64,000 nucleotides of DNA. It comes from Podarcis erhardii. Lineage: Eukaryota. Shown piece after piece: positions 13,401-23,194 of this stretch. The stretch is from assembly GCA_964252035.1 (NCBI GenBank), contig OZ176212.1, one strand, 5' to 3'. Below the pieces are notes generated by a model. The model saw nothing but the letters and a program-made list of their open reading frames with translations. It made no database searches and had not been told where the DNA came from. The first letter of the stretch is position 1. Every line of letters begins with the position of its first letter. The translations under genes were made by a program, and so were the position numbers.

Positions 13401-16400
13401 CTCTCTCAAGAATGAGTAATGTGTACATTAGGCATGGGGAACATGTGGCCCTTAGTGTGGCTAATAGTCAGGGATGATAGGAGCTGTGTTCAGTGACATC
13501 TAGAGGTCCACAGGCCCTTCATCCCTCACATCAGTGATGAACAGAGAGTGAAAAACGATTATCTGTCAGAATGCATAAAGGTGGAGTCAGTGGCTGAAAT
13601 TGATGGGGACACATTTACGAGAACAGGAAGTAATTCCCATGATACGAAGACTCAACTGATGGAACTCAATGAACACAAAGTGTTTGGTCCCAAGTAGTGA
13701 AAGTAGCTTTTCAAAAGGATTGGATGGCTACATGGGGCACCAGTACAGCTGAGGCAATTAGCCAAGGTAATAAGGATCTCTTGCTGACCTCATGCTAGGA
13801 AATAACAACAGAAGGCAGATGTTGCCCTCCTTTTGCACTCCCCGCCCCCCCCCCAAACTTGGTTGGTTGCTGTTCAGCATAGCAATTCTTAATTTCTGGG
13901 ATGGAGTCAACAGGCCCACCCCAAAGAATGGTCTGAGGACACATACTGCGGCTGCACTGTTCAAATTAAGCAGGTCTCAACTCTCTGGATGTGAGATTGG
14001 CTGCAAGTCTCAGATAAGCTGCTCTGGCCTTCTCAAAGGAGGATTTCTTCTTTCATGTCTTTGACCCCCACTACTGAATGCACCCCAGCAGAGATCATCT
14101 ATTCCCAACCTGAAAAATGGTGTTCATAATTCTACCTGATGTCTTACCAGAGTGGAACTGAGCCTTTAAAAAAATTGGTGGAGGTACCTGCCTTGGCCAA
14201 AAGTCGCTGCCCAAAGCTGTCCAAGATGAAAATTGCCTTGACAGTGTAAAGGGACGGTTCCTAGGATCAAAATGAATTAATTTTACTTAGATGAAGGGAT
14301 AAGAATGTACTTTTAAAAAGCCAGAAAATATTAAGTGAGATCTATGAAAATGTCCCATTTAGCTTGTACTACCACAAATGCAAGTACCATATACCATGTA
14401 GCTAACATATCTAAATATCTAAATCAATGGGCATTTTTGGTTGAAGAGCAGGGTAGTTGTTTTACAAAAATAAAAAATAAATATTTGTATGGCACCATTA
14501 ATATATATGGAACTTAGCGCAAAAATACATACAAAAAAGGACCCTGCCCCCTATAAGCTTACAGTTCAAAATTGTTTTGATTTCCCAACTGCACTCAATC
14601 TTTTCATTCTCTGGACTGGCACTGCACCTCATTCATTCATATTTCTAGCTAACTAATTTCTGTGCATCTCCGACCTCACTGGTGTTTCTGCAAAGTAGGT
14701 CTAAAAGGTAAAGGTAAAGGTACCCCTGCTCGTACGGACCAGTCGTGACCGACTCTGGGGTTGCACGCCCATCTTGCTTAAGAGGCCGGGGGCCAGCGCT
14801 GTCCGAGGACACTTCCGGTTCACGTGGCCAGCGTGACGAAGCTGCTCTGGCGAGCCTGCACCAGCACAGCACACAGAAACGCCGTTTACCTTCCCGCTAT
14901 AAAGCGGTACCTATTTATCTACTTGCACTTAAGGGTGCTTTCGAACTGCTAGGTGGGCAGGAGCTGGGACCGAACGACGGGAGCTCACCCCGCCGCGGGG
15001 ATTCGAACCGCCGACCATGCGATCGGCAAGTCCTAGGCGCTGAGGTTTTACCCACAGCGCCACCCGCGTCCCCTGCAAAGTAGGTCTACACCCACACAAA
15101 AACAACAAAGCCCACCACCAGCAGCCATATATTATGGCCTACCAAGCGCTTCACAGCTCTTTCTTGCACTCCCCAAACAGGAAATGGTACTTCCTGTCTC
15201 TCTGGGTTCTCTCTACAGAACTTGTTCAAGATACAGTAAATTGTTTCCATAGCTTGTTTACTAAGGACCACTTGTTACTACTATTTCATGGTAGCGACTT
15301 CTTGGGTCCCTCACATTCTACATGGCAGGCTCCCCTGAGGTGCCTCCCTCCATGCCTTTGGGTCCCACTCTGCCTGAAACCCATCCCGTATGAGTTTCTC
15401 CATCTTCCTTTAGTAAGGATTCTGGATGTGGAATGCTGAACCAGCTTCCCTCTCCCTGGGGTCTGTCCCTTCCCCTTTCACAATACTGTTTCTTTGAGAC
15501 CCCACTAATTCTGAGTGCCATCTCTTTTAACTTTGTATGGCTGATTGCACTGTGTAAGTCCATCGGTATCTGAAGCATCATCGGTATCATGTGCATGCAC
15601 ATGAAAGCTTATACCAGAACAAACTTAGCTGATCTATAAGGTGCACTAGACAATTTTTTATTTTTATTATTTTTATTTCCACAATAAATCGTATCTCGCT
15701 AGCTTTGTTGACCCCAAAACCTAGAATTCTCCCCCATTTCCCCAGGGTTTCCTGATTCGCAATGTCTTTTCTGAGGTGCTCCTTGATGTGCTGTCCACTT
15801 AAGACTTTATAGTTGAAGACTGGGATGAGGAACCAGAGGCACTCCTAATGTTGTTGGACTCTCGCTAGCCGCAGGCAGCACAACCCACAGTCATAGATGC
15901 TGGGAGTTGTAGTCCAACATCTGCAGACCCTCAGCTTCCTCATCATTGATCTAAGACCTCCTGAAACACATACCTTGGGCCAAACAAAAAACAAATGTAA
16001 GCCATTTTGGCCTATAAGAAAAATTTCCTATTTCATATTATGGCAATACATTTATTAGCCTCCCCCTTAGGTCAATTATTCTCTTCTCCTCTGTTTTGTT
16101 TACAATTCTAGCCTGATTAAGACTCCTGGATAACTTGAAAGCTTAAACACTGCTTTGTTATATTTTGTTTAGTCTAATAAAGGCATTGCCCTAATATGGA
16201 TTTTGGAATATTTCCTTAAGTAACTGTCACACCCTGTCTGTGGCATAATCATTCACTCTGGATACTGCTTTTGGGTTAAAGGGTTCCCCCTGGAGAAAGC
16301 TCACTTTGGACATTACTTCAACACTAGTAGGGGTAAACTGGTGTCCAGACTAGACTAGTTTCAAGTGGAAGCTGGTATGATGGAATGTGGGTACACCCTC

Positions 16401-17213
16401 AAGAAAAATAGATTCACCTACCCACACAGAAAAGGAGCCTATCAGGAAGAAAGATAGGCTAGGCTGTGTTCCAAGCCTTCTCCCTTAGTTCTAGTTTTCT
16501 AGGCGCAGGGGAGTTTTGTTTCCCATAGGTAACCCCTTCAGTCATGTGACCCCCCCCCCTTGCAGTCCAACGTGGTGCAGCTGAGACACATGTTTACCAC
16601 TTCAGCAAAAGCTAGGCCCCTGCCGAGGACGCTTTGTCCTGTGCCCGTCCTTCTTAGGACGACGTTTGCAAACACGCGCGTCGCCTACTCCTCGGGCGCG
16701 CACACGGCGCTTGGGAACCGAGGTGCGTAAAGTTCAGAAAATGAACTGTACAACGCAGTTTGGAGAGCCGTTTCTGATCGCGCAGGCATTTGCTTCGGTG
16801 GCGGATTTCCCCCCGCTCCTACCGCGGGCCCGCCCTAGACATTTCTGCAGCCTCAGGCGCCAACCTCTAGCGGCGTCTCCCCCTCCGCCCCACTCAAATG
16901 AAGGTGCACCGCGCCTTTGGGGGCACCTGCGGCAGACAGTTCCACAGATGCTGGAGAGCAAACGCGTCGAAATGAATTGAACGACTGCCCTTCCGAGATG
17001 GCCAAAATCCTCTGCTTGAGGCGGCTGCCTAGCCCAAGGGCCGGCTTCCGCCCCTTTTCCCTCGCCGCTGCTTCCCCGCCCTCGTACCAGCATCAGCCCC
17101 GCGGGGATTTCCATGGGTCCGAGCGGCACTCCGGCGGCGCGCTCCCCGCCTCGTCCCCTTGCGGCGCCCCCGAAGTGGTCGTGCTGACGTGGCCGGGCCT
17201 CTGCCTTTTGCAT
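1359..17213 (-). CDS. COPZ2: Coatomer subunit zeta-2, complete 9-exon CDS: join(17088-17213, 14192-14260, 12646-12727, 10785-10876, 10238-10293, 8988-9065, 8135-8186, 4705-4743, 1359-1406); 642 nt, 213 aa
   Basis: Exons assembled by hand into one open frame: [10 protein letters not shown]...[39 protein letters not shown].../[25 protein letters not shown].../[33 protein letters not shown].../[45 protein letters not shown]. Internal exon sizes 69/82/92/56/78/52/39 match recalled zeta-COP structure. The N-terminal extension and position next to NFE2L1 favour COPZ2 over COPZ1. Confidence 0.96.
4705..4743 (-). CDS. COPZ2: COPZ2 exon 8 ([13 protein letters not shown])
   Basis: 39 nt; tttttag acceptor, GTGAGT donor. 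Confidence 0.93.
5630..6190 (+). mobile_element. Old CR1 LINE reverse-transcriptase fragment, split by a Tc1/mariner MITE
   Basis: Degenerate match to the recalled CR1 ORF2 segment (WIK...INDLE...KF(A)D..KLF), resuming after the MITE with WQIKFNV. Confidence 0.65.
5902..6148. mobile_element. Tc1/mariner (Tigger-like) MITE
   Basis: TIRs CCGTATTGGCCTGAATATAAGCCAC / GTGGCTTATATTCGGGCCAATAGGG flanked by TA on both sides. Confidence 0.85.
8063..8120. repeat. (GGAA)n microsatellite, 14 nt from the COPZ2 exon 7 donor
   Basis: Read directly. Confidence 0.98.
8135..8186 (-). CDS. COPZ2: COPZ2 exon 7 ([17 protein letters not shown])
   Basis: 52 nt; ttttag acceptor, GTAAGT donor. Confidence 0.95.
8988..9065 (-). 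CDS. COPZ2: COPZ2 exon 6 ([25 protein letters not shown])
   Basis: 78 nt; tctag acceptor, GTGAGA donor. Confidence 0.95.
9140..9270 (+). mobile_element. CR1 LINE ORF2 fragment
   Basis: Resembles LV.PHL..CVQFW.P.FK.D.DKLE..Q.R.T.MV. Confidence 0.7.
9752..10105 (+). mobile_element. Sauria SINE, full length
   Basis: tRNA-like head, (ACCTTT)n tail, 14-bp TSD CTATGATCTGGATT at 9738-9751 and 10106-10119. Confidence 0.92.
10238..10293 (-). CDS. COPZ2: COPZ2 exon 5 ([19 protein letters not shown])
   Basis: 56 nt; aatag acceptor, GTGAGT donor. Confidence 0.95.
10785..10876 (-). CDS. COPZ2: COPZ2 exon 4 ([30 protein letters not shown])
   Basis: 92 nt; ttcctcag acceptor, GTAAAT donor. Confidence 0.95.
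10931..11081 (-). mobile_element. SINE with tRNA-Lys(CTT)-derived head and CR1-derived 3' tail
   Basis: Minus strand GGGATAGCTCAGTTGGTAGAGCATTAGACTCTTAATCTCACGGTTGTGGGTTTG... then GATTCCTGCA...ATTCTATGATTCTA. Confidence 0.8.
11656..11701. repeat. (CTC)n microsatellite
   Basis: Read directly. Confidence 0.98.
11858..12532. mobile_element. Long-TIR palindromic MITE interrupted by the 12077 SINE; a related partial copy lies at about 20720-20910
   Basis: CTGCAGTATACATTTAAAGCAATATCATACCACTTTAAACAG pairs with CTGTTTAAAGTGACATGATACTGCGTTAAATGTACAGTGCAG. Confidence 0.7.
12077..12434 (+). mobile_element. Sauria SINE, full length, nested in a palindromic MITE
   Basis: Same consensus as the 9752 copy; TSD TAACAACTCTCA at 12065-12076 and 12435-12446. 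Confidence 0.92.
12646..12727 (-). CDS. COPZ2: COPZ2 exon 3 ([27 protein letters not shown])
   Basis: 82 nt; ccacag acceptor, GTGAGT donor. Confidence 0.95.
14192..14260 (-). CDS. COPZ2: COPZ2 exon 2 ([23 protein letters not shown]), GC donor
   Basis: 69 nt; cctag acceptor; the frame-preserving donor is AAG|GCAGGT. Confidence 0.92.
14704..15072 (-). mobile_element. Sauria SINE, CpG-rich (probably young) variant
   Basis: (AAAGGT)n at the left end; 16-bp TSD CTGCAAAGTAGGTCTA at 14688-14703 and 15073-15088. Confidence 0.92.
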
Positions 17214-17420
17214 CTCGGATGGCTCCGCGGCAGAGATGAGCTTCGGCCGAGCTGGGCTGCTCCGCCCCGCTCAGGCACTGGGTGGGCTGCCGCATCCTCC
17301 CTCCCCAGACCGCTCCCAGTAAATATAATACATATAAAGATCTCTCCTAAAATGTGTGCGCTGCGCATGAGGGGGACGACGACGACGACGGCAACAAAGT
17401 TGTGACAATTTGTAACGAGG
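16620..17420. promoter_or_regulatory. CpG island, COPZ2 promoter and first exon
   Basis: High GC and dense CpG in an otherwise CpG-poor window; GC boxes; overlaps exon 1; AT-rich TATA-like block at about 17320-17340. Confidence 0.85.
17088..17213 (-). CDS. COPZ2: COPZ2 exon 1 coding part (42 aa)
   Basis: [10 protein letters not shown] resembles the recalled mammalian COPZ2 start MQRPEAWPRP; ends ...GLML at phase-0 donor CTG|GTACGA inside a CpG island. Confidence 0.85.
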
Positions 17421-19715
17421 GCTTTCTCTGCGAAATAATTCTTGCGGGAGAATAGGAAAACCAGCTTTCATTCGAAAGAAAAGAGAGATGTACCAATTTT
17501 GGAAAGCGTAAAAATGTTTCTCCGTCATTTTTAACCCACGCAGTGTCTTAAAATACTTTAAAATTATGTATTGCGCTGCTCTCTCCTGATTTTATGTGCA
17601 AACTTAATGCATGATCCTCCTGGAAGTTTTTGAGCAAAACGCTTTGAGAAGAGCAACTGCGCAGGGCTGTTGGCTCTGGATAAGTACAGGTCTGGCAGAT
17701 TTATTATCATCAGACCACTCTCCTCCCCTTATTTGGTAGAGTGGATATTTATTATCAGGGCTAAATTTGAGCCCACTTAGGACTCTAGTTGTAAATCCTG
17801 GAAATAGATTTGAATGCAAAGGAGGCGGCTTTGGACATTTTGTGTTTACATAACGCTTCCAGAACGTTCAAAGAGCTTTGCATGGGATATTTTAGTAATC
17901 TGTACAACACCCTTGTAAGGTAGGTCAGTCTGTTACCCCTGCATTGGAGGAGGCTGAGATAAAATGACTTGTTTGAAATCATGCTCTGAGTTCAAGGCAG
18001 AGATAACTTCTCTTATAAGCGTCACTTATGTCCAGCACAATCATTTTCAGGTTAGCTTGGAAGTTTCAATGTGCCAAGGCTTTTAAAATCTGAAATGTGT
18101 ACAAATTTGGATGCCATATGGTAGTTGTTTTCTTGTGAAACTTGGAGGTGTGGTATTCCAAACCTTTGACTACACAATCATGATCCATAACTGATTGCGG
18201 CTTTCTGGCAAAATCCCCACTGCTTATTTACAGGCATATATCTTCCCTTCTACCATTTTATGATGCTCACACCGCAGATGCTGGAGCACATGTTGCAAAC
18301 ACAAAGAGAACAAGTGTTGATCTGCATTTACCAATTGTGTGGACGCAGCTTTATTGCATCCAGTTCTGGTACCTTTGCACACACAACACCAGATTGTAAT
18401 TCTAGTTCCAGCATTTGGGTCATCAGGTTAAAGCTGTGTTCTCAATCCATCTACAGTCCCTGCATCTTTGGAACAGTTCCAGTCAAGCAAGGAGCACACC
18501 CCCCCCTCCATCGTCTGGACGTCTTAATAACATGTTAATGATGCCTAGTTCATCTGAAGAGGGTCCAGATGTTTCACTACTAATTGCTTCTGTGGAGGGG
18601 AATACTAAACGCCCACCAGAAGTGTTCTAAATGTCGAGGATCTCCAGTCTTGAAAGGATAAGCAGACTGGTGGAAAGGTTTTAATTAGTGTATGAGGGGA
18701 GGGGGCAGTTAATTAAGTTGGATTCTTTGCTGAATTTTGATTGTAGTTTGGCAAAAGAATAGTTATGAGAAAACAATGGCGGACTCACACAGGCCTTGCA
18801 TACCTAAACAGCTGCATCTAGTGTCCCACTCTTGATTTCTAATGGCAGTAAGGTTGCCATCTTTGTGGGCTGAAAAACTGTGGCTCCCTGGTTACAGAAC
18901 CAGCAAGTTAGAGCAGAGTTTGGAGTAATACGGTGAGTCAGAGACAGAACCTTAAGACATACAGGGCCCAAGGCAGAAGTTGCCATGTTTTAAGTACAGT
19001 CTTGACAGAACCTAGCAACACAGATCTGGGATTTACTGACAATCCTGAATATCTAACTACACACAGTTTTATTGGTAGGACTAGTAAAATACTACTTGGT
19101 TGAAGAGACAGCGTCAATTTAAGACTTAGTTTAAACCAAGTGATAGGTGCACCCTGGTTTTGTGAGCAGTGAGAATTTTGAGGGTGCGATGCTTTTGGAA
19201 GGCAAGAGGCAGAACACATTTTGAAATATCTGTATTTATTTACAAATTTACAGATTGAGCATACATGGAAATTCAGTTTAAACATTCCAACATAGTCCAA
19301 AAAACTGTTGCTCCCACACTCAATCTCCATAGAGCCAGTCAGCACTCTCAAATGGTGTCAGTTTCCACGCCTAACTATAACAACAACAACAACAACAACA
19401 ACAATTTTATTACTTATACCCCGCCTATCTATCTGGGTTTACATCATATCAGGCTGGGTTTACATCAGCTGGGTATCTTGCCCTTTTAGTTATTTATTAG
19501 TCATTCAGAAGGCCAGCTATTGAGAGCAGTCAGCCAACGATTTAGTTCCCATGGCAGCATATCGTGTCTATTTTACCTAACAAAAATGAGATACTGTACT
19601 TGCTAGGTCTAGTCAGGCCTATTCAGATAATTCTCTGTCCAGATTTCACTCTTTGATTCATAGAACCACTGAGTTGGAAGGGATCCTGGAGAACATGCAG
19701 TCCACCCCCACTTAG

Positions 19716-20016
19716 ATTCATAGAATTATAGAGTTGGAAGGGATATCTTGAGGGTCATCTAGTCCAACCCCTTGCAATGCAGGAATCACAACTAAAGCAT
19801 CCATGGCAGGTGGCCATCCAGCCACTGCTTGAAAACCTCCAAGGAAGGAGAGTCCACCACTTTCCAAGGGAGTCCGTTCCACTGTGGAACAGCTCTTGCT
19901 GTCGGCAAGTTCTTCCTGGTGTTTAGTCGGAATCTCCTTTCTTGTAACTTGAATCCATTGGTTCAGGTCCTACCCACTGGAGCAGGAGAAAGCAAGCTTG
20001 CTCCATCTTCTATGTG
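19716..20016 (-). mobile_element. CR1 LINE 3' end
   Basis: TAGA(T/A)TCATAGAAT tail followed by typical CR1 3' sequence. Confidence 0.8.
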
Positions 20017-20923
20017 AAGATGAAAGATCTTACAACACAGTGCTCATTACAACTGGGGCCTGGTCCTGGAACAAGTGGCACAGATTAAACAGAGCACATC
20101 TTAAGTCTCTCTGTGCTCCCTTTCTTTCCTTATCAAGAAATGAGGCCGCATTTAGGAAAGTGCTCTGAAGAAACAGAGATGTGTAAATACCTTAAGGGCT
20201 TGGTGAACGGTTTCATCTGTACTTTCACCATGTACTTTTAAGGGGAGGTGAGCAATACCTCTAGATAGAGGTTGCTGAGTTTGCCTGGGATGGCACACCC
20301 TACCCTGGCAGAGGAAGCAGAAAAGCACACCTGACCTAAAGTAATACCAGCATCTTTAACTTCCAAATGCCTCTAAGCAAAAACTTACCAGTAATCTCTT
20401 AGTTTGCACCCAGATTTAACCTGTTTCTGTTTTCAGGTCTTTTGGTGCACATTCTCATGCTAAGACTGGGCAAACCAGTTTCCCAGACACTTTCTCATTC
20501 TGCAAATGAGTGTGCACTGGCTGGTCAAACAGGGAAAGTGACCTCCTGCACCAGTTGTCTAGGAGTTAGCATGCATTATTCGTGGTCATGTCACATTGCA
20601 CAGAGAGAGCCTTTGAATAATAGGATAGTTTGGTTTATAACAATTGATAGATAGATCTGTTGGATATTCGATTTTTATTTGCTGGTGGTCAATGTTTTTC
20701 TATCTATTCTTTCCCCTCCCAGAGCTACAATTCCCATAGTTCCCTGGGAAGAAAGGTTAATGGTTCAACTACTCTGGAAATTGTAGCTCTGTTACAATTG
20801 GAGAGAGGTAGCTCTTCACCTCAACTACAGTTCCCATAATTCTTTGGGGGAAGCGATGACTGTTTAAAGTGGTATCATAGTGTTTTAAAGGTGTGGTGTG
20901 AATGTGGCCTAAATGTTGTAATT

Positions 20924-21128
20924 CAGTGGTGTCCAAACTTTTTTCAAAGAGGGCCAGATTTGATGAAGTGAAGGGCCGTGCGGGGGCTGACCAAAGGGCC
21001 GACCAAAGTTATTGACCTTTTTAGGATTTTACCCCAAAGTTGTTGAGCTTTTTGTTGGATTGGAGTTGAGCTATTTTTAGGATTTTATCCCAGGAAATAG
21101 GACCCGAAACGGACTTTGGGCATGCCGG
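20924..21128. mobile_element. hAT-type MITE directly upstream of the LSP1 retrocopy
   Basis: CAGTGGTGTCCAAA...TTTGGGCATGCCGG ends; imperfect 8-bp TSD TTGTAATT / TTGTAAGC. Confidence 0.65.
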
Positions 21129-21175
21129 TTGTAAGCTCTACATGTGGGCAGAACTTGTCATTAATGAATGGAAGT

Positions 21176-23194
21176 GGCTTTGCTTCCTGTTTTCCTGGAG
21201 GTTGAGGGAGAGCCACAGCTCCAGTTCCTAGGTCACCAAGGCGTTCCTATGAGGAAGAAGAAGGCAATCTGATGGAAGCAGAAGCCAAGCTAGGGCAGAT
21301 TCACCTGGATCAGGAGTTTCCCATCTTCATCCGGTTTGCACCTGGGCCTTCAAACTTCCTCAAGTTTTCCTCTGGTTCCATCTCACAAGATCAGCTTGAA
21401 GAAGAAGCAGAGCTGGAACAGCAGCAAAAGCTTACCGAAGATGTGGGTATAAGAGAAGAGAATCAGGATGTCAGAGAGGATGTCGAAGAGGAACCACAGC
21501 ATGTTGCAGAAGAGAATCGGCATGAAGAAGAGAGAGAAATGCAAGAGGAGAAGAAAAGGAGAAGGAATGAGGAGGAAGAGGCACCAGAAAAACGGCAAAG
21601 AACTCCAAGCACTTCCAGCCAAGAGGAAGAGTCTCAGCCTCCTTCAAGCCCTACGGTAAAGATCGTTGAAAGAACTGAATCCCTGAACCGCTCCATACAG
21701 AAAAGTAACAGTGTGAAGAAGACACAGCCACCTCTTCCAGTTTCAAAGATTGATGACAAACTTGAGCAGTACACTCATGCCATTGAGACGTCCATCAAGT
21801 CTCCGAAGCCAGTGCGTCAGCTTTCCATTGACCTGCCTTCCACTAGTGCTGCAGTGGCCAGCACGAAAAGCCTCTGGGAGACAGGGGAAGTGGCTCAAAC
21901 CTCTGTGAAGACAATCCCCTGTAAGGACATTGTGGCTGGAGACATTGTGAATAAGAGAAGCCTGTGGGAGCAGAAAGAGAGCCCAAGGACAGATGAAAAT
22001 GTCAAGCTTCCTCAGAAGCTTCCTGGCAAGAAGTACAAGTATGTGGCAACAGGGCACGGCCAATACAAAAAGGTCTTGATAGAAGATGGGGCAACCGAAA
22101 AATAGCCTGCTTTGGCACCAAAACACACAGGTTGGCTTGCTCCGTGATTGATGGACACCTGAGGCAATACTTCTATGCAGTGCTGATGTTCCCCCTGCTA
22201 AAAAGGAACTGTGTTCAAAGGATGACTTCACTTCCCAGCTCAAATCCAGCAGCCTGCTTCAAAACCCAGCTACTGATTTTCTTCACAAATGGGAGCATCT
22301 CTCCAAGTTTGACTTCATTTAGACTTGGACACAGCATCAACTCAAGTGGCAATAATCTAGTTGTTTTTTAAAAGCTATCTCTAGATCGGCTTTTCATTCT
22401 TTTTTTTGGAAAATTAGCTTGCGTGCTGTTCTGTACCCTAATTTCTTAATTTAGTAAAAAGAGAGGTTTGCCTACTTCTCCTGGCCAAGCCTAGGGCCTA
22501 TCTTAATAGCCAAGGAGGAACGTTTAATTTTCCTTAACTACTTTTGAGTTGTGAGCAAGAAAGTGAAAGCAGTAGGAAAACTTAGGCGTTTATGGCTGAG
22601 TCTAAGGATCTTTCTACCACCTAAGCCTTCAAAATGACAAGGCATACCAGTGTCTCACCTCTTGACTAACATGGATTCTTTTGATGATACAGGATGCAGT
22701 CTTGAGCATGAATTGGTGCCCAGTGCACCTAGGAGGCCTCTTCCCCCTCACACCTCAACCATTCCTGCCTTGAAGGGAGCATGGTGGTGGTTCTGGCAAA
22801 GTTACCAGATTGGTGTATCGGTTGGGATGAAGGCCAGCTCCCAGAAGACAGCCAAATGGGTTCTCAGAGGACCCATGGCTGCTAATACTTTGCAAGGAGT
22901 GCCTGACTTGGTGCAAAGAGTGCCACACCTTGCAGTATAAATGCATCTCTTAGTTTGCCAACTTCAAACACTTTTTGCCTCTCCCTCATTATACAAAAAA
23001 GGGAGAGGGCACAATATCCTGCTTCTAGCCTCCCAAGACTAGCAACTCAAGGGCTTAGACAATGTTATACATATCCCCACCCCACCTCCTCTGTTGCTTC
23101 TACTTGGTACCATTCTGTGTGACCTGGACTTGTTTTTGTAAGCCTTTAATAAAAATTCTGAGAAACAAAAACAAAAAAAATAAAAATAAAAAAA
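21176..23194 (+). mobile_element. LSP1: Processed LSP1 retrocopy, full extent (2019 bp)
   Basis: Perfect 16-bp direct repeat ATTAATGAATGGAAGT at 21160-21175 and 23195-23210; AATAAA at 23148-23153; A-rich tail at 23161-23194. Confidence 0.92.
21272..22105 (+). CDS. LSP1: Intronless lymphocyte-specific protein 1-like ORF (277 aa), caldesmon/LSP1 family F-actin-binding C-terminal domain; retrocopy
   Basis: ERTESLNRSIQKSNSVKKTQPPLPVSKIDDKLEQYTHAIET...RQLSIDLPS...VASTKSLWETGEV...CKDIVAGD...KRSLWEQK...GKKYKYVATGHGQYKKVL matches the recalled LSP1 C-terminus, which is multi-exon in the parental gene; no introns, stops or frameshifts here. Confidence 0.92.
   Translation: MEAEAKLGQIHLDQEFPIFIRFAPGPSNFLKFSSGSISQDQLEEEAELEQQQKLTEDVGIREENQDVREDVEEEPQHVAEENRHEEEREMQEEKKRRRNEEEEAPEKRQRTPSTSSQEEESQPPSSPTVKIVERTESLNRSIQKSNSVKKTQPPLPVSKIDDKLEQYTHAIETSIKSPKPVRQLSIDLPSTSAAVASTKSLWETGEVAQTSVKTIPCKDIVAGDIVNKRSLWEQKESPRTDENVKLPQKLPGKKYKYVATGHGQYKKVLIEDGATEK

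Noticed and set aside
16666-17405. Long GC-rich ORFs on both strands
   Set aside because: Expected stop-codon scarcity in a CpG island; only 17088-17213 is supported by homology and a splice donor.
17900-17960. Plus-strand donor AAG|GTAGGT as a first exon for the LSP1 retrocopy
   Set aside because: Lies in a MIR-like SINE core where this motif is standard; no supporting exon structure.
18260-18630. Two short ORFs in unique-looking sequence
   Set aside because: No recognisable homology or splice structure in any frame I translated.
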